A program made the position numbers and the translations under genes. Shown one piece after another: positions 11,378 through 21,459 of a stretch of 30,133 bases of DNA. The stretch is from contig NW_021832649.1 in NCBI RefSeq assembly GCF_006345805.1, positions 1-30,133 of the forward strand. Reading direction: 5' to 3'. Below the pieces are notes generated by a model. The model searched no databases. It had not been told where the DNA came from and worked only from the letters and a program-made list of their open reading frames with translations. The DNA comes from Octopus sinensis (lineage: Eukaryota). The first letter of the stretch is position 1, and the number at the start of each line of letters is the position of its first letter.

Positions 11378-11868
11378 GAGTGAGAGAGCAGTGCATGCCA
11401 TCAAAGTGACACTGGGGTAAAAGCCCAGTATATCCATCATGACTATCCGTCTGATAAGGTACATGAATCACAACCATATGTGCGCGACATGGTGATCTCA
11501 TATCGAGATTAACAGCGCATGACCTTGCTAGTGGAACCCATCCCACTCAAAAGGTCTCTGAATAAGGGTTGTTTAAGAATGTTGAACGAACCACCCATGT
11601 TTCCAGAGGTGAATTATTCAAACCCCAAAGAATCCCTCAACACACTACTTCCCCCACTACTTCTGCTCGTGATCAGAGATGCACATATCGTCAACCACTA
11701 AGGGACACACCCAACTGGTTAAGGTCAAACAACTGACGAGCAAATTTGTGGTATTGAGCAGAATATTTGCTGTAGCTCATTTTTGTGCAAAGACAAAACA
11801 ATGTACATGATAACACTTCCAATCAGTTAAAACCAAAAGCCATTAGAACCACTACCTGGTACTGCATC
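11378..11868. repeat. Unclassified ~490-bp non-coding element bounded by (TTA)n
   Basis: Sharp boundaries: (TTA)n at 11357-11377 on the left, L1/Tx1 fragment on the right; no convincing ORF. Single copy in this window; I recall similar sequence as an octopus repeat (unverified). Confidence 0.45.
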
Positions 11869-11874
11869 TTTTAT

Positions 11875-13400
11875 TGGGATGTGGAAAGAGCGTGTCTGCC
11901 TATACCGACGACGTCACCATGATGGTGTCGAGTCACAGGCACATCGACCTGATTGGTGAGACGCTAAACGAATACGAATCGTGCTGAAAAGTCGCTGGTC
12001 TTGCAACTAGGCACCTGGAGGGGCAAGTCCATGCTGTCCAACTGCATCGTAGGGCGCTGGACAGACGGTCCCGTTAAACTGCCCTGGTCTGGTTCGGTCC
12101 GGACACGCAGGTGGAGAAAAACTGGGAAGTGACGAGCTGGGTGGCCAATCTCACCTAGAAATCTGCCGAGAGGAAGCTGTCACTGAAAGGTCGAGCCGAG
12201 GTAGCGAATGCGTACATCGTATCTGTCATCTATTACCGATTGACCGTCGTCCCTTGTCCTGACCGCTGGTGGAAGGGTTAGATACCACTGGTCAGGCTCT
12301 CCATCTGCTGTCAAAAGCTGTTGAACACAGGCTTTGGCATGCCGTGGTTGTTGATGCGCAGGCATGCGCTCAGGCTACGGCACCTCAAGTGGACGGTGAG
12401 CGGGTGTGGTCGCCGTTGGTCAGACACGACTTTCAGCAGCTCATCTCTTTGATCGAGCTGCAATCTTGGATCAAACGTACCCTGAGAAAGGGCACTTGGC
12501 ACTTCGAGTGTCGTCAAGCTCTCATCGCACTCCACCAAGCGGGAAATGCGATCAGTAGTAGTTCCACTCTAGCGTCCTATAGAGGGTTAGTGGAGGAAAA
12601 GTGCGACGATGTTCTCGGGGAAACTCTAGGCATCGACGATAATCAGCTAAACAGTCTGTTCAGAAGAACTTTCGGGCCGGGTGCCATGGATAACTTCCAA
12701 AGATCCCTCTTCTGGTAGTGCTACCGAGGGGCGCTACCTGTTCGAGATAAACTCTACCGGCACAGAAGTGCTTAGTTGGGCCTGCCCGAGGTGCGCTCAT
12801 GACGATGAAACCGTTCTGCACGCACTCGTCCAGTGCCCGAGTATCGCTGACCTGTGGGTTTATGTCGAACAGATACTGTCGCCTGTAGAACGGTTCCGGC
12901 TATCAGCTAAATCCATAGAGATTTCCCCGCCGTCCTCCAGGTGGCTGTAGCGAAAGAGGTGGTATGTCTTTGTATTTTTCCGTTTGCAAGGGCTAAAGTC
13001 AGACACTTTCCTCTTTGGCCAAGGACTCATCAACTTTTTCAAGGAAGGTGAGATTAGAGAGGGAAGTGCTGTCTCATAGCAAATTTATTGAAAGGTGGGT
13101 GAATGTCGGTAAAATGGCCACTATGAACGGACCAATTCTGAAATTACACTTGTAAAAAAAGGTAATATAAAAGGAGAAGGGGCTTTCTACCCCCTTTTGA
13201 CCAGGCTCCCGTGGCTTTTATGGATTTTCACGAGGAACCTTTCAAAGCGCCTCCCCCCATTGGGAGTTTTATATTTTTTCGCTGTTATTTTAATGTTTAT
13301 ACGGACCTTTCTTTTTCACAAAACCTTTTGTACTTTTTGTCTTGTGTTTGTCCTTACATATTTTTGATTTATATTAGCCCTTGTAGCCAATAAAACCAGA
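11875..13400 (+). mobile_element. L1/Tx1-type LINE 3' fragment B (RT YxDD to CCHC knuckle and 3' UTR)
   Basis: SAYTDDVT at 11901-11912; LSLKGRAEVANAY; CPRCAHDDETVLHALVQC (CX2CX8HX4C) at about 12780-12840; frameshifted. Confidence 0.82.
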
Positions 13401-13583
13401 ATTTATTATTATTATTGCTGTTGTTGTTGTTATTCAACATTTAATAATTTCAGGCAGATTACTACTGCATCGCTTACTGCATCTCCGTGCTGTATCGTGT
13501 TTAATGTTTGATTGTTGGGGGAGTGCAAACTCTTCCCGGTATTGTTTTGCAGGAGTTTGTTTTGTTATGGTGTTTAGTTGCAA

Positions 13584-13586
<3 letters not shown>

Positions 13587-13629
<43 letters not shown>
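13587..13629. repeat. (TG)n microsatellite
   Basis: Direct reading. Confidence 0.95.
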
Positions 13630-13632
<3 letters not shown>

Positions 13633-14200
13633 GCGAGTCATGTTTCGTTGGTGTCCCGCCTGTAGAATACATGTTGCGGTAGATGTATATTCTATTAGAT
13701 ATTTACTGTATAGAGTGTGTCTTGGGTTTGCGGATTGTTTCGTGTGGGATGTACTATTGAATTGGTAGTGACTTGTGTAGAATGTGAGCTGTTCCTAGCA
13801 GAGCTATTTTTGGACAGTGTGTAGAGTTGAGGTTCCAGGTATAGCTTCTATATTTTTGTTCATATGTTTTTATCATAGCCAATGCTCGAATTATTATTAG
13901 TATTGTTTTTACCTTCATGCCCCTACATCTTAAATACTTCAGTTTTGAGGGCTTTGCACTTTGACAATTTCTCAGCTTCTTTTGGGGCAATATTTGGTCA
14001 GAAAGGACTGCAATGTTTATCAGTAAGCAAGTGCTTTTCTTTTTTATTTCCAGTCCTTGATTATCATGTCCTGACGTTTAGCTCATTTCTCTGTCAGTTT
14101 GAACAGGCATGTCCCAGATGATTGTGGCTTGGTCGTTCTCATGTATCTTGTTTGGGAATAGTTTATGTCATTTCGTGTTAGTTTGTATGTTGTTGGCATA
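13630..14200 (-). mobile_element. R4/Dong-type LINE 3' fragment, degenerate
   Basis: KTILIIIRALAMIK..KIALLGTAHILHKSLPIQ*. Confidence 0.72.
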
Positions 14201-14234
14201 TTGCCCAGCGAATATAACTACTTACTCGGCCATG

Positions 14235-14308
<74 letters not shown>

Positions 14309-14461
14309 GCATGGTATGAGAGGTATTGGCGTCAGGAAGACCCAAAAGTGTCAGGTAATGCTGAGTAAGTGCTATGGACAGACTAGTTAAGTTCCAGGTT
14401 CGATGATGGTACGAATGAGGATTTCAATGTAGGTCGTATATTAGTATGAATATATTTAAAA

Positions 14462-14600
14462 ATTAATAGAATAAAAAATCCAAAGCTGTAGAACATTTTC
14501 AGAACATTTATAAAGAGAAGGAAACAGCTGTAAGACCTTCTCTTTATAAATTTTCTGGAAACTTTCACAGCCTTGGATTTTTTAATCGCATTCTGTTAAT
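14462..14600. repeat. About 140-bp imperfect hairpin
   Basis: 14472-14521 pairs with 14536-14584; 14462-14471 pairs with 14591-14600; 14-nt loop. Confidence 0.85.
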
Positions 14601-14619
14601 ATATATATATATATATATA

Positions 14620-14890
14620 TAAGGCAGGTGGTGAAGAAAACAAACAGATGTATTAGTATAACGCTCAGGAATTGAAAAGCCTTTTACGTTTCGAGCCTAC
14701 GCTCTTCTACAGAAAGGGACACAGAAAAAACAAGGAGAGAAAAAATATGTGTAGTGGCTACCGATCTATCATGGCGACTGCCGGACAGAAGGGTCACACA
14801 GGAGAGCGAAGAAGTAGGCGAGATAACAAAGTAAAGATGACCCCTCCCCACGACGACGGTGCGTGCGTGTATAAGATGTTTTTTCAGATT
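14620..14890 (-). mobile_element. Non-coding repeat carrying a minimal hammerhead-like motif (Penelope pseudo-LTR-like)
   Basis: Sits between (TA)n and a 3'-truncated LINE; contains the 14680-14717 motif. Confidence 0.5.
14680..14717 (-). ncRNA. Minimal type I hammerhead-like motif with A6U core substitution
   Basis: CCUUU-CUGUAGA-A-GAGC(GUAG)GCUC-GAAAC-GUA-AAAGG: 5-bp stem I, 4-bp stem II, palindromic ACGU stem III, GUA site. Confidence 0.6.
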
Positions 14891-14894
14891 GGGT

Positions 14895-15825
14895 GGTATT
14901 GAACCTAATGCTCCGATGACAATAGGGATAACCTTTATGTTCGACTCTCGTAGCTGCCACATCTTAGCGATCTCGATTCTCAGATCTCCATATTTATCAA
15001 CTTTCTCTCTTTCTTTAATGATGATGTGTTGAACTCCTACGTCAATTATTAGGCACTCCTGTTTGGCCAATCTAAAGCCTTCGGTGTTCTAACACTTTGT
15101 CTGTCTGGAAATCAAAGTCTCAGAGGATTTTTGCTTTCCCCTTTTCGTCCATTACCTTTTCCGGTGTATGTTGGTACCCAAAACCCGTAACCTCAGATCC
15201 ATACTTTCGGCATAGTAGCCGATGGAGGCTTTGGGCTACTTTGTTGTGTCTATGCTTGCACTCTTTATGCGCAAGACTTTCACAAGCACTAACAATGTGA
15301 GTCACACTTTCGACCCTCTTCCCGCACATTCTGCAGAGATCCAATACACTTGTATGGTACATATTCTTTTTCAGTGAGTTGGTATTCAATGCCTTGTCCT
15401 ATGCCGCGAGGATTAAGCTTTTAGTATTCTTTTTTAGGTCACCCTTCTACAGCCACCTCCATGATGCTCCCTGGTCTTTTAATTCGTTGGTTTCACGGTG
15501 GAACTGACCATGTAATCCCATACGGAGTAGGCTTTCTTCTCTTGGTTGTTCTTGTTCGAAATTCATGAGCACTCTCAAGTCCATGTTTGTTAACTCCTTC
15601 TGCACTATCAGCATACTCTAGCAGGTCTTCTTTGCTGTTTACCAAATATTCTGCCATGTTTCTTCTTTTCTGATTGATGCACTCCCGTACGCTAATCAGC
15701 CAACGTCCACCCTTACCTCTCTTCATGTAGAGCCTGTGTACATTTGCCTTAGGGTGGAGGGCACCACGCATTGTCATTGTCTTTCGGGTAGTTCGATCGA
15801 GTTGGTCAATCTCCTCTTGTGTCCA
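14895..15825 (-). mobile_element. R4/Dong-type LINE fragment (thumb, CCHC knuckle, RLE), 3'-truncated
   Basis: GALHPKANVHRLYMKRGKGGR; CRMCGKRVESVTHIVSAC; RHNKVAQSLH; CLIIDVG..KEREKVDKYGDL.IEI..MW..PIVIGALG. Confidence 0.87.
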
Positions 15826-15890
15826 TTATTGTCGTTGTTGTTGTTATTATTATTATTAGTATTAACAACAACAACAATAATAATAATAAT

Positions 15891-16037
15891 CTTTTCTACT
15901 GGAGGCACAAGGCCTCAGATATATGGGGAGGGGACTGTTTCGATTACATCGAAACAGTGTGTCACTGGTACTTAATTTATCGACCCTGAAAGGGACGGGC
16001 AAAGTCGACCTCGGGGGAATATGAACTGAGAGCGTAG
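15891..16037 (-). mobile_element. SINE S3, 3' part
   Basis: CTGGTACTT..TTTATCGACC..GAAAGG..GGCAAAGTCGACCTCGG block on plus. Confidence 0.75.
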
Positions 16038-16390
16038 AGAATGTTTCTCTAAAAGAAACGGAGTAACTTTCAGAATGCAAGGATCTGGAAATAGAAGTAA
16101 CTCGAATGTAGAGCCTAAAAGCAAAAACAATTCCTATCATACTGGACGCATTAGGTATGATAAAAAAATATCCAGACAAATACATAACAAAACACCAGGA
16201 CTAACAAGTATATATAACATACAGAAAATAACACTTCTGGGCACCGCACACATCCTACGTGAAACACTTTCAATACAGTAAAAATAAGAGCATTACAACA
16301 AACAACACATACGTAAGGCACATAGAAATGCGCTCGGTAATGCAGTGAAAGCACGTGATAAAAATAAGACTACTTAATAATAATAATGGT
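16038..16390 (+). mobile_element. R4/Dong-type LINE 3' end, same subfamily as 5421-7972, opposite orientation
   Basis: KITLLGTAHILRETLSIQ*, the same 3' UTR and a (TAA)n tail. Confidence 0.85.
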
Positions 16391-16782
16391 TTCAAAATTT
16401 GCCACAAGGACAGCAATTTGGGGGGAGGGGCCTAGTCGATTACATCGACCTCAGTGTTTAACTGGTACTTATTTTATCGACTCCGAAAGGATGAAAAGCA
16501 AAGACGACCTCGGTGGAATTTGAACTCAGAACGTAGCAGCAGACGAAATACCCATTTCTTTACTACCCACAAGAGGCTAAACACAGAGAGGACAAACAAG
16601 GACAGATAAAGGGATTAAGTCGATTATATCGACCCCAGTGCGTAACTGGTACTTATTTAATCAACCCCGAAAGGATGAAAGGCAAAGTCGACCTCGGCGG
16701 AATTTGAACTCAGAACGTAACGGCAGACGAAATACTGCTAAGCATTTCGCCCGGCGTGCTAACGATTTTGCCAGCTCACCAT
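16391..16782 (-). mobile_element. Two adjacent SINE S3 copies (about 16391-16550 partial, 16551-16782 with head)
   Basis: Minus head GAGCTGGCAAAATCGTTAGC (A-box-like) and GAGTTCAAATTCC (B box); the core is duplicated at about 16455-16550 and 16635-16735. Confidence 0.82.
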
Positions 16783-16786
16783 CTTC

Positions 16787-16834
<48 letters not shown>

Positions 16835-16837
16835 TAT
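16787..16837. repeat. (TAA)n tract
   Basis: Direct reading. Confidence 0.95.
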
Positions 16838-17039
16838 AAGAAATTTAACATACCGATAAAATAACATACCGGTTTGTACCGGGGTAGAATCAATGGCCTT
16901 ATGTCTATTTGGGTGAGTGAACACTCGATTGATACAACCTCAGTACATAACCAGTATTGAACCAATAGAAAGATCAGAATGCGAAAATGTCCGATTAAAA
17001 TACATTCCATGTATTTGGAAGGAGCCATATCAGTGAGGT

Positions 17040-17950
17040 ACGGTTGACTACGTTCTATATAAGTACCATAATGAAGCACAGTTCGTGTGGTTGTAAGAAG
17101 GTACCACACTTAGATACGACCGACCTATTTCCGAATTTGTATCATGGGGTGGTAAAGGGCAAAGGATTTACCCACTTGGAGTATGGAGGAGTGAGACAAT
17201 GTACTCTTGTGTGATACTGCCCATGTAGCTGTATGTAGGTACTACGTGTCGGTAGAACTCTTTACTGTTATGAAGTATTTGTTCCGGATCTTTACGTTTG
17301 AGTCCAAATCCGGCTGAAGCCAATTTTATTTTCATCCTTCTGGGATCAATAAAATCAAACACAAACTTAGAACGTTGGGGAAAACGCTATTGCAGTTTTT
17401 TATGTTCAAATCCAGCCGGGATTAACTTTACCTTTAAACCATCTGGGGCTGGTAAAACCAAATATCAACCCAGGATTGATGGAACTGTGGGAGAGTCGAA
17501 CAAAATGCTTTGCGGTATTTGTTCCGGCTCTTTACGATTTGAGTTTGCTTGCGATGACACTGCTATTGCCCACCTTCACCTTGCACAATATCGTTGGTGT
17601 GGAAATAGGGGATAGATACTATATGAGTACCTGTTGGTTGTCTACGAGAGGATGGTGGTAACAATGAAGTACAAGTTATCTAGCTGTGTGTAGGTAGCAC
17701 ACAGTGACATAGGGACCTCGGTAAGGTATAGTCCAGCTAGCTGTATGCAGGTTTCATATTGAAGCACAGTCCACGTAGATGTATGTAAGTATCACGGTGC
17801 AGCTCAGCCCACTTGTGTCTAAATAAGTATCATATTCAGATGGAAGTAGGTATCGCAGAGAGGTACAGGCCACATAGCTGTATGCAGGTACCATGGTAAA
17901 GCACATGCCACGTAGCTGTATGAAAGTAGCACAATGTGACACAGTTCACC
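17040..17950. repeat. Degenerate 38-bp (2x19) minisatellite interrupted by SINE S3 relics at about 17270-17560
   Basis: TAGCTGTATGCAGGTACCA-like units at 17226, 17681, 17738, 17776, 17875 and 17913, alternating with TGGTAAAGCACAGTCCACG-like units. Confidence 0.75.
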
Positions 17951-17989
17951 AAAGATTTAAGCAGTTGCTACAGAAGGATTTTGTTTATA

Positions 17990-18170
17990 CAATTGAATGA
18001 TACTTTATTTCATCGAAGTCGAAAGAATGAAAGACAAGGTTGACCTCGGCGGGATTTGAAGTTAGAAGTGGAGAGAGAGAGGGGGTGAATAAAGAAAAGG
18101 GGTAGAGAAAGAGAGAGGTCAGTAAACAGCGAAACGTAGGCGGCGCTTTACCGATTTTGCCATTACCACC
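17990..18170 (-). mobile_element. SINE S3, degenerate, with GA-rich insertion
   Basis: GAAAGAATGAAAGACAAGGTTGACCTCGGCGGGATTTGAA..ACCGATTTTGCCA. Confidence 0.6.
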
Positions 18171-18441
18171 ACCACCATCAGCACCAGCATCATCACCATC
18201 ACAAGCACCCCATCACCAATTATATCAAATAACAAAAAAGGAAGGCAGAAAACGAGGGATTAAGCACTGACTTCACATAAAAATGAATAAGAAAACAACA
18301 AATAGTAACAATAATATTTAACAGCAACAACTACAACGATAACGAAAATGATAATGGATAATAATTCCAATAAAACTGGGAATAATAACTGAAAGTAAAA
18401 TAATTATGGGGTGAAAAATGAAATGAATAAACGAAAAGCAT

Positions 18442-18582
18442 GACGGTTGCATGGCTGTGTGGTTAGGAAACTCTGGGGTTCCCGATTCAGACCTACTTGG
18501 ACAAGTGTCCTCTACTATAGTTCCGCGCTGACCAATGTCTTGTGAGTGAAGTTGGTGATTTGGTAGATTGATGGAAGCCTTA
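18442..18582 (+). mobile_element. SINE S2, 5' half
   Basis: TGGCTGTGTGGTTAGG A box; TTGGACAAGTGTCCTCTACTATAG core; CTTGTGAGTG. Confidence 0.7.
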
Positions 18583-18589
18583 TACATAT

Positions 18590-18920
18590 TTCAGAGCACC
18601 GCCTTGAATGGTTTTAGTCGAACAAATCGACCCAAGGACTATTTTCTATCCGCCCCTTTTGCCGACCGGCTAAGCTACGGGGACGTAAACACACCAACAC
18701 CAGTTGTCAAGCGGTAATGGGGGTGGAGAACCAACACAGATACACACACTCACATACGAGGTGCTTCTTTCTATCTCTGTTTACCCACCAAATGCACTCA
18801 CAAGGCTTTGGTCGGCCCGAGGCTAGAGTGGAAGACGTCCGCTGTCACGCAGCGGGACTGGACCCGGAATCATGGGATTGGGAAGCAAGCTTCTTACCAC
18901 ATCCAGTCACGTCTGCGCCG
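18590..18920 (-). mobile_element. SINE S2, near full length
   Basis: Minus head GGCGCAGACGTGACTGGATGTGGTAAGAAG and GGGTCCAGTCCC (B-box-like), with an internal CA tract and the conserved 3' half. Confidence 0.8.
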
Positions 18921-19445
18921 ATATACATGTATTTATATGGAAGTTTGAATGTGTGTGTATGTATACATTAACGACTCTACTAGAAAAGTAGTTGCTAGAA
19001 ATAGCAGCCAAAACTCCCTCAAATAGCTTACACTATACTGTTTTTACTAAAACGACATATTGGGTGTTGCAGTCGGGGTGGTCATGCCTAGAAGGCTTTT
19101 GATCATAATTGTGCTTGATAAAACTAACCTGGAGCTAAGCAGCAACAACGACAACTTGACAACATAATAATTGAAGAAAGTTTCCTCTATGTGGTTCCCG
19201 ATCCGCTAGGAATAGCAGTCAAGTCTCTTTTAAAATTCCCACATCCTACTTTTGTTTTCTTTTTTCATTTTTTCTCTTTTTTCTTTCTTTCCTTCTTTCT
19301 TTCTTCCTTTTTTGTCTATCACATAACTTGACTTTGTAAACGAAGAATCTGGTCCGTTTTTTTTAATGGTCTATCAATATACACAATTAGTTTCTTTGTT
19401 CTAGGTGTCGGGAAGACACTCGGCAAGAAATGGAAACTAAATTGA

Positions 19446-19467
19446 AATAATAATAATAATAATAATG

Positions 19468-19524
<57 letters not shown>
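19446..19524. repeat. (TAA)n tract
   Basis: Direct reading. Confidence 0.95.
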
Positions 19525-19760
19525 GTATTAGGGGCAGTTTTCAAGGACTTTGAAAAACATTAAGAATATTGGAGCTGCTGTCAGGCTCGAGGCGCTCCAG
19601 AAGACAGCATTGTTGGGTACAGCTCAGGTTCTAAGGAGGGAATTGTCTCTTTGAGTCACAGGAGAAGGCACTACTTGGAACCTTTGGTGGTTTGTTATTG
19701 CCTGCTTTCGAATAAAGAATAACCGATAATTAAGAACTATCCGAGAATCTTTCAGAATAA
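19525..19760 (+). mobile_element. R4/Dong-type LINE, extreme 3' end
   Basis: LGAV..LEALQKTALLGTAQVLRRELSL*; TAA-like repeats on both sides. Confidence 0.75.
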
Positions 19761-20130
19761 CAAGAATGATAAAAATAATAATGATAATAATGAAGAGGAT
19801 GATAAAATCGGCGTGGTGGTCATAGCTGGGACACCATTGAGCAGATGTTTCTGTCTACAGAAAACAATAACAAAGACACAACAGAGAAATATCATCCATT
19901 CATCTCGGTTGTTGTTTAACTCCAAGTGGTGCCCCAGCATGGCCGCAGCACTCGTGATAGTAAAAGATAAAATATACATAAATATCAAAGGCTACATTAT
20001 TCAGCGTATCCTTCTTTACACAGCGTGGAAATTGAGGGAGATTTGGCTGCTATTTCTAGATGATGCGGGACCACTTGGTGTCGCCTTAATCGTTTTGTAG
20101 TTTAGGTCGTGGACGATGTGTGTATTTGTA

Positions 20131-20186
<56 letters not shown>

Positions 20187-20492
20187 CAGAGAGTGTGTGG
20201 ATGTGGATGTCTGAGAATGCAAGCGTTTATGCTAACGCGTGCTTGTGTGCGTGCGTATGTGTGTGTGCATGTGTGTGTGTGTGTATTCGCATGTGCGTGT
20301 ATGAGTGTTCTATATGAATTAATGTTTATATGGTTGTGTGTTTGTGTGTGTTTGTGTTTTAGCATGCATATGTATTTATATACCCAAACGCATCTATGTA
20401 TGCTTTGGTGTGTGAGTGTTTATATATACTTCTGTGTGTGTCACTGTGAATCAGCAGATAAAACAAGTACAACAACATCAACAAAAACATGG

Positions 20493-20498
20493 ACTTAC
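20493..20498 (-). other. 5' splice donor GTAAGT
   Basis: Plus strand ACTTAC at 20493-20498 is a perfect consensus donor on the minus strand, exactly at a codon boundary of the exon. Confidence 0.85.
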
Positions 20499-20864
20499 AA
20501 TTTCATCCAACAGTGTTTTTTCTACGAGCCTGTTAACCATTCCAACCCAAACCACTCCACGTAACGACTCGGCCATCGCCTGCCAATTCCTAGACATGAA
20601 ACCATCGTGAAAAACAACAATCCATGGATCTTTGGATTTTAATAATTTCTCCGTAAAATTATGTCCGTTTAACGGGAACATATCGTTGTAAGGTCCGGCC
20701 ATATTTTGGTAGGAGGGGTCATATTCTATAGAAGTCTTTGGACCGAGCGGTTCTTCAGGTTCCGAGAACGATTCTGATGTGGTAGCCAGTACCATGGTCG
20801 TCAGTTTGGTAATTCCAATGTAAGAGAGAAGGACAGCGAACCAAACGTACACTGTACCAGGCAT
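20499..20864 (-). CDS. First coding exon (122 codons) of a probably secreted/ER protein with a Cys-less thioredoxin-like (PDI/P5-like) domain
   Basis: ATG at 20864 in AAACAAC-ATG context. Hydrophobic N-terminus VYVWFAVLLSYIGI with possible cleavage at VLA-TT. MFPLNGHNFTEKLLKSKDPWIVVF..NWQAMAESLRGVVWVGMVN matches the PDI a-domain pattern (L...NF...V..S...W.V.F....W...A..L.G.V..G.V). The frame runs into ATT|GTAAGT, a phase-0 donor at 20498; the last six residues of the listed ORF (VSPCFC) are intronic. Confidence 0.85.
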
Positions 20865-21064
20865 GTTGTTTCTAATATCTTATTTTTTCTTTTATTTTTC
20901 TTTTCTACAATTTATAAATCTAAAAAACTCAAACCCCCAGTAAAAAAAAAGGTAAAAAAAAAGAAAAAGTCTTTTTCTTTCGCCTTTGCCACGCTGCTAC
21001 CAATTTTTAAAGAGTGTTAAACCACCCTTCACACATTCTCCGCCTGACTCTCTTTGTCTCCGTT

Positions 21065-21111
<47 letters not shown>

Positions 21112-21416
21112 ATCCCCCTTCTCTCACCCTGTCTATCTTCTTCGTTCAACGTTCTTTTCGCCACGTAACAACACACACGAAAAATGTGAAGTCTGGAGAC
21201 TTGTGGTGAAGGGCGACAAGAAGTTGCGAAGAAGTGAAAATCAGGCGGAAAAGAAGAAGAAGGAAAAGAAGAAAGACAGAGAGAAGCAAAATAAAAGAAG
21301 GGAATACACCCCCCTCTTGCTCGTCCCCTTCCACCTCGCCTTCATCTTTATGGCAGCAACATCATCATCAACAATAGAGACAACGAGAACGACAATAACT
21401 ACAAAAACAAATAGTA

Positions 21417-21459
<43 letters not shown>

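Noticed and set aside
11730-11760. AATTTGTGGTA resembling the U1 snRNA Sm-site region
   Set aside because: No other U1 similarity nearby; a short chance match.
14309-14385. WYERYWRQEDPKV resembling the R4 WY.H.PEKV region
   Set aside because: Too short and degenerate to call a separate insertion.
16834-17109. 91-aa minus-strand ORF in non-microsatellite sequence
   Set aside because: Overlaps the degenerate minisatellite, has no recognisable domain and no convincing splice sites.
17681-17950. Repeat-spacer appearance resembling a CRISPR array
   Set aside because: The spacers resemble each other, the units are only 19 bp, there are no cas genes, and the context is eukaryotic; it is a minisatellite.
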